A DNA stretch of 57,115 nt, counting the filler, from Porpidia crustulata (taxonomy: Eukaryota), in NCBI GenBank assembly GCA_964255105.1. It is 3 parts of 3 records of this genome, joined end to end, with 100 filler letters (N's around TTAATTAATTAA, not from the genome) between each part and the next. Parts side by side here need not be neighbours in the genome. Positions count along the whole stretch, not along the records: positions 38,152 to 57,115 come from CAXUWE010000158.1; 2 more parts are not named here. The stretch is one strand, 5' to 3'. How positions within the stretch are numbered: position 1 is the stretch's first letter; every line of letters starts with the position of its first letter. The notes beneath the pieces were generated by a model. It searched no databases. It had not been told where the DNA came from and saw only the letters and a program-made list of their open reading frames with translations. A program made the position numbers and the translations under genes. Positions 50,579 to 57,115 of this stretch are shown piece by piece.

Positions 50579-52156
50579 TCAAACGTTTAGGCCTATCTCT
50601 TCCGCAAATGGAAGGGCATATAGATCTCCAACGGTTGAAACGGTAGCCTTAGAGTCCAACAATAACTTGGCGGCCTGATTAAAACACCTCGTTAGATAAC
50701 AAGAAAACAACAGATCAGGGTAACTTACTTTTTTCACTTGCTCCTCGGTGACTCCATCAATGCTTTTGCCAACCTCGTCAATTTGGAAGGCCTTACCTCC
50801 TTGAACGAGGCCAGCACCAGTGGACTCGAGACCTGTTTCTATACTTTGTCCCGACTCTAATGCTTTGAATTTGGCAGACGCGATAGCCTTCTTTATATCT
50901 TCTTTGCTAACATTTCCGGCTGCTACACTCTTCAAAGTTTTTACAACTTCTTGACTTGCAACCCTGACATCTTTGGCACTGCCTGAGATAGAAACGTATA
51001 ATAGACCGGTGTCGGAGTATGTGCTGTGGGTAGTCCTTATGTGTGCTCCAGGAAGAGCTGCACTGGCCTTTGATAGTAACGAAAACCCAGGAGACCATTT
51101 GATTGTTGTTTCACCTCCAAGTAGAGCCGCAAGGACTGAAATTTCAGGCTTGTATGAGCTTCCCGTGAAAGATGCTGAGCCTGGGAATGCCAAAATCATA
51201 TTATTGCCTGAGCCATGGGCAATGCGCTCTTCTCCGCCATAGTACTTTGAGGGTGTGTTATCAATCGGAGGAATATTGGTCGATGGTGATGGAGATGACT
51301 CGGCAAAGAATTCGCCCACCCATTTCGATACGTCTGCATGATTGGCACCATTGACTACAACCGCAAAGTTCGATTTTGCATAAGCTGATTTGCTATACTC
51401 CGCCAGATAATCGTCGCTGAGATATTTCGACATGGGTGTGGAGGACGACGGATGAAGCGGGTTGCCAAGACCACGATGGAACGCTACACCATGGGCAGAA
51501 TTGATAGCTAGCTCTGCAATATCGCCAAGCATAGATTTCTGTGCAAGCTTGATGATTGGAAGAACCTCTTCCTGTAGCTCATGTCCTAAAGGGAGAGTTA
51601 GTTGGTGATTGGTTAGGCACATGTAAAGACACACGTTGATATTTGGTTTTCGAAATTACTTCTCCCAGCAGTTCAGTAAAGTATGGTAGGTCCTGCCGTA
51701 GGAACTTCGCGCCGACTACTAGGTTTTCCCTTGAATGATATGCTGTGAGCTCGCCTCCCAATAATTCGACCTCTCTCGTTATCCTCAAGCAAGAGCGTCT
51801 GTATGTGTTCTACATATTTGCCAGAACAAGATATTAGCTTCTGTATGATCAAAGTTTCTCTGTTATCATTCTGTAAAACTCGCAGCTCGACAGACCTTGA
51901 ATGCAAATTTTTCGAGACCATCTGAAAATCCTGGTAAAGGTTGGTATCGTGTACCCGCTTTGGCAACGACTGCAAGATGCGTAGTAGGTCCTGGCAGATC
52001 ACGGCTTGCAAATTTGACTCCCACGGTTTCGCCAGTCTCATACGAAAAGCTCCCTGAAGCAGCTGCAGCCAAACCCCGGCGATTGCTCGCCGTAGGATGG
52101 CATTGTCGTAGAAATGCGCGGTGCGCGTTTTGACCGAGCGCACCTCGAGAGGTCAT
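50579..52156 (-). CDS. QCR2: Ubiquinol-cytochrome c reductase core subunit 2; exons 52156-51896, 51809-51635, 51585-50729, 50674-50579
   Basis: Mitochondrial presequence; VVAKAGTRYQPLPG, LRITREVELLGG, AHGVAFHRGLGNPL, IKWSPGFSLL, VGDLYALPFAEEIGL. Confidence 0.95.
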
Positions 52157-52485
52157 AGCCGTTAATATTGAGTAGAGCAAGAGATGGCGCAACAATTGAT
52201 AGCCAGGAAACCGGGCGACAGCTTCAATCGATGTCGGACGAAATACCGAAGCTCGGCTAAACAAACGATGCTATTCCTAAAAAGCCATGCTTAGTCATGG
52301 ATCAAAGTAAAATTGCTAGGATAGCACCAAGCACAACCACTATCACTCGTGCCCCACCAAAGAATTTGTGAATTTACGGTCCCTCTTTCAAGCAAGACTG
52401 CTTGAGTCAACACACTCATGGATCAGCAGCGGTGACATTTATGATACTTCTAGGGAACCTGACATAGTCTCTAGAATGTTGCAGA

Positions 52486-54791
52486 ATGTCTCAAGTGTGT
52501 CCCTCCACGAACATTCCTCCCTGTATGAAAACTTCCGGTAATTAGTGCTGCTAACATTTGTCCATCAGCATGCCTCGGAATTGTGCGTTGTCCTGGTGGA
52601 TGATCTGTATGGGGAATTGATATCTGTAAGTAGATCCTGGTCTCGTTGACTCGTACGTGTGGCAAGTCATTCACAGTCCCAGATGAAAATTATCGGCATA
52701 TTCTTCTTCGAGCCCGTGATATCTTTCAAGGTTATGCAGCTGATAGATGCAGCGCATTTTTGGTGTCTTCCTCATATATGGCCGTTTCACATTTCCGGCT
52801 CTACTCCATCGCTGTCGACTTACACCTCGGCAACTCAAACATGGTTTAGCAGTGTTGATCCATCAACAACTCGTTCTATGGTTCACGTCTCCCGGCGATA
52901 ATGGCGCTGTTTATGAACCAAATCTGGTGAATGCTTATGCTCTTGTGCGTTCGGGTAAACATGTCAAGACGGTGGGAGATAGATATGGCGAAGTCGCAGC
53001 CGGGGTTGTCCTGAATTTGCTGCGCCTCGGATATATTCGAGTTGGCGATCTTGTGAAGGCATACGGTTCTTTCAAGTACTCAACAGCCGCAACAAACGGT
53101 GCTTTACTGTGCCTCTGTCCTCCGCGCCATGAATCCGTCACAAAGCAGTCAAAAGGGTTTGAAGCCAAGCATGAAAGCCCCACTGCGGAAACCATACACC
53201 AGGCGTTGTGCACTTTGATGCGAGCTGGTCTGATATCTATTGTCAACAAATCGCATCTTCGCTCCGCCGCCGACAACAGAAGTGAAGCAGAGAGAGAGAT
53301 ACCGATCCAGGACCAATACGTCGGAAAATTAAAGAAAGAGCGTGAGGCTGAGCGCGAGCAGGCTATAGCGCAGAAGCTGAAGGATTGGCGATTTGGGACA
53401 AAATTTGAGAGAGAAGAGCTAGCCGGCATCCTAAAAGGGAAGAAAAGGCCACTCGACCACCCAGAAGATGCTCCAGACTCAAAGCGACAACGACTCCATC
53501 AGCCTCTAACGGCGAATGGTATTGTTGGGACCTACCGCGCTGAACCATTGGATGTCGAGATGAAGTATTTAGATGTATGCTATGACTGTGGCTCTTACAA
53601 ACGATTCAAAAGGCTAATCGCCCACAGAAAAACCTCGTTCTTCGTGTGAATCATGACAAATTTGAAGTTGTTGCAAGAAATAAACGCTTGGTTGCACACG
53701 CCGAAAAATGCATTGGTGCGACGACTTCCAAAGTCTATGCGGAAGTTCTTCAGATGCTAGAATCGGATCTGTTCCAATGCAAAGCCGATCAGGGCCTTTC
53801 AGAGGACCAAAACCCAGACTTGGAGCTCGATCTTTCAACGCTTCCGCAGGTATCTACTGAAGATTTACTGTTCAGACTGAAGGACTCGACCGAGTATTTT
53901 GGGGGCATAGGCAACGCTGACGCTAGCAAGATCAACATGGCGCAATTCGACCACCCCAAGAAACGTCGGAAGAAAGAGCCTGTCAATGGTGATGACGGAG
54001 TCATGGTAGTTGACAACACAAGTTCTGATGAGGACGAAGACATGGATGATGCTAGTCCGGCAACCAATATTTCGGAGGTCTCTTCGGATTCAGAAGCTCC
54101 TGATCCTGATGCAGCCTATGGATCGAAAGGCGTAGAAGCCATGGCCGTGAAGCCCCGCCTTACCACTATCCGCCGACATCTCCTCCTTCTCGCATCTCAT
54201 CCACCCCAATTTCTTCACCACATCCCAGCGACATCCTACCACCCCGAGAAGTGGGCAGTCGCATTTGACCCGCTCGTCAAACACCTCCTCTCTATTGCCA
54301 TTATACATATCATCTCCACACGCTTCGGACCTCTTGCTGCCCGGCTTGCTCGCATATTGGATGACAATGGCAAATTGGACGAGAAGACCCTCACAGCTCT
54401 TGGCCTTATCAATCAGAAAACCATGCGCTCTCTTCTTTCCGCGATGCATCGCGCTGGACACGTCGAACTGCAGGAAATTCCGCGTGACACGCAGCGTCAA
54501 CCGAGCCGAACATTGTACCTCTGGTATTTCGATCCGGAGCGGTGCAAGGCTAAGCTGCTGGATGAGACGTACAAAAGTATTTCGCGAGCACTCCAGAGAG
54601 CACGGGAGGAGCGTGAAAAGCTTCGAGGCCTAATTGAGAAGGCGAGCCGGACAGATGTGATTGGAAAGGAGGAACAACTGCTCAGCGAGGCCGAAAGAAC
54701 GGCGCTGGGAAGATGGAGAGCGATGGAGGGAAAAATCTTTGGGGAGGTCGGGCGACTCGACAACTTGGTTGCATTGTTTAGAGATTATTAG
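52486..54791 (+). CDS. RPC82: RNA polymerase III subunit C82/RPC3; exons 52486-52494, 52569-52625, 52753-53574, 53628-54791
   Basis: HASELCVVLVDDLYGEL, LKHGLAVLIHQQLV, LVRSGK, LVLRVNHDKF, RFGPLAARLARIL..NGKLDEK, ELQEIPRDTQRQPSRTLYLWYFD. Confidence 0.9.
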
Positions 54792-55532
54792 TTTGGATAG
54801 GATATCGAAACATCGAGGTCACGATTCAAGCACCTCACAAGTACGATCCGAGCATTAGAGCTTCCCTCTAGCTCCGCCTCAAACATCCTGAAAGAGTTAG
54901 TCACTCAAAGCATCGTCATACCGTAGGTAGCTACCTTAAGTAAGTCGAATATGTCTAGCATGACGGGACAGAGAGGATGGATGCATTTGGTGGCGTGGAG
55001 AAGGAAGAGGGGTGAGGCAATGGTCGTTGATTGGTACCGATCTGGACTGGGGGGTGAATGTTCATCGGTTCTCGTGAAGTGTCAAAATGCCCCGAGAAGA
55101 ACCTTAAATGCTCGCGAATCTTGCACGTGAGGGCCCGTTGAGCGCTAAATTAGCCCGATCGTGAAAACGTTTGCGCTTTCTCTCCTCTGTCGCAGCAATC
55201 GCAGGCCGCCAAATTGGCACCCTAACTGTCCCTAAGGTACGTAACGAGGGCAGTAATCCAATGAGAGTGACGTGTGATGCTGCTCTACCGCCAATGTCGG
55301 AACTATCCTCTACTCAGCTCCCTGCTCTCTCCGGTCTCTCTGATCGCTACTGGCCCCACAAGGCTTCGCTGGTTGACCGATGTCATCGCTGCCACTTCTA
55401 TCCCTTCTACTTTCTATCACTTTCCAAGTGCATCTCTTTCTCATCGTCTGTCATGTTCTGACGTTGCTCGTTCTTCTGCCCCCCGTGGCTTCCAACCGCC
55501 TGTGGTAAAATTCTCTATTCCCGCTGTCTTCA

Positions 55533-56585
55533 ATGTTACTGGCAGAGGGCCACAGCGGCACACTTCAAAGCTTTCCGGTTGAGCTTCTGACAAGAATCAC
55601 AGACTTTCTCAAACCAAGCAGTGCTATTTCCTTTGCGTATACGTGTAAACGCTTGTATACAGAATGTGGCATCTCATCCGTAGATATCCTTGGCGACAAA
55701 AGAATGGCGGCGAATCCGACATGGGTTCGTAAACAAAGATTACGGTTGCTTTGCATGCTCGCACGGGATCATCCAGTTCCTGGAAAGGCCATTTGCAGCG
55801 GATGTGCCAAACTTCACCACAATACATCCTTCACAATCGAAGAACTTCGCAAAAGCTCCACCAAGCGCCAGTGCTTCGGCAGGATCGGTCGGCTATGGAT
55901 TTGTCCGCACAAGACGTTAAAATTTGATCATCTCAAGGCTTATCAGAACCATTTGCCCAGCGAGGGCGTCGACGGATTCAATGAAAATAGATTTTGTTGG
56001 TACTGCAGGCGAGCCGGTGGATCGTCATGGTGCCAGGAGCGCGATCAGAAGGTGACGATCGAAACGCACTTCCATATGTTGACCGGAAAGCCTGAAGTTG
56101 GAAGGTCCGACGTGGCCGCAGCGTTGAAGCAACTCGATATTTCCATCTGTCCACATCTACGACCATGCGATCCGTTTGTTTCCAGCCTCTATGACCCGAG
56201 TTGCGGGCAGATCTCAGGCGCTGCCTGTGCAAAATCATATCGGTGCTACAACTGCCAGCAGCGGAAATGTCCATCGTGCGAGACGGAGTTTTTCTTTTAC
56301 TTGTTCAAAGGAACACGTGCCTCACCACCTCGGCTTGTCCTTGCTACCAGACGCTTTTTTGGATATCTCGAGGACATTAACGACTCCAGATGGACTTCTC
56401 AACTGGTCTCGCCGCGGGATGTGCCGTTATTAGAATCAACCTGGGAAATGTGTGATGCAAGACTGATGAGCGAAGAAAGCAAGCGAAAACCGCCGGCTTC
56501 CAGGCCTGTCGGAAGACTTGATAATATACGTATTCCGGATCTGAGGGGAACAGTCGCGATTGCTGCCGGGGCTTCACTTAGATGA
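55533..56585 (+). CDS. F-box protein with Cys/His-rich C-terminal region, 350 aa
   Basis: N-terminal LQSFPVELLTRITDFLKPSSAISFAYTCKRLY F-box; CSGCAKLH, WICPH, CWYC, ICPHL, CYNC, CPSC. Confidence 0.75.
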   Translation: MLLAEGHSGTLQSFPVELLTRITDFLKPSSAISFAYTCKRLYTECGISSVDILGDKRMAANPTWVRKQRLRLLCMLARDHPVPGKAICSGCAKLHHNTSFTIEELRKSSTKRQCFGRIGRLWICPHKTLKFDHLKAYQNHLPSEGVDGFNENRFCWYCRRAGGSSWCQERDQKVTIETHFHMLTGKPEVGRSDVAAALKQLDISICPHLRPCDPFVSSLYDPSCGQISGAACAKSYRCYNCQQRKCPSCETEFFFYLFKGTRASPPRLVLATRRFFGYLEDINDSRWTSQLVSPRDVPLLESTWEMCDARLMSEESKRKPPASRPVGRLDNIRIPDLRGTVAIAAGASLR

Positions 56586-57115
56586 TATAGATGAATGTAT
56601 ACTTGGGGCTAGGTTTGCGCATCGTTTTCCCTCCAAAGGGAAAATCTAACAGTGTCTTGCCTGGGAAGGGATCTTATGAAGAGTACGACATTCATGCAGC
56701 ACGGGCGGATAGATTCAAAGGGGGAGAGGATGTTTTTGGCAGTGTAAGCACTATGACGAAAATGGCGGCCATCAATTTCTATCCATTAAAAACGGTTCTA
56801 CAGTATTCTGTTTGACAAATCTAATTATTAATGTTTCGGTCCACTTTCAATTTTTACCTTGAGGCGATACCTTTGCCCAGGACGGACCTCTTTTTCGCAA
56901 TGGACCGTTTCCAGACGATACCACCTTCAAACCGCCATCAATTGGAAGCATCCTTTCAGTGGACAATCCCCCCTTCTATCTGAGGCTCTCCTCCGTATCT
57001 GGACGACACACCTTCCACATCCCAAATTGCCGCCCTTGAAGATACTCAGTTCCCCCACGGCAATTAGACCATTTCTACGCTATAGGCGTCCCCGTTCGTT
57101 CACAAACACCCCCCC

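Overview
Eukaryotic, intron-rich DNA from a filamentous ascomycete (Pezizomycotina; possibly a lichen-forming lineage, which is inference only). Two identical 100-nt artificial linkers (44 N + TTAATTAATTAA + 44 N; 18977-19076 and 38052-38151) split the window into three pieces that may not be true neighbours. Piece 1 (1-18976) is housekeeping: HOS3, a 7-exon queuine tRNA-ribosyltransferase, an F-box relic, class II chitin synthase, MRP51, RPS17, RTR1 and a gap-truncated BBC1. Piece 2 (19077-38051) is accessory: a small secreted protein, two tandem paralogous disrupted genes each with two R-x4-H (HEPN-like) modules, an intact GH45 endoglucanase, two divergent PTH11-like receptors (one broken only by three stops at Trp-compatible codons) and a truncated secreted protein. 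Piece 3 (38152-57115) opens with a disrupted PD-(D/E)XK-like gene and another relic, then ABP2, a class 3 lipase, MAK10, QCR2, RPC82 and a Cys-rich F-box gene. Exon boundaries were read by hand (GT-AG sites, branch points, frame continuity); family names come from motif recognition, not database searches. No tRNA, rRNA, CRISPR array or recognisable transposon was found.
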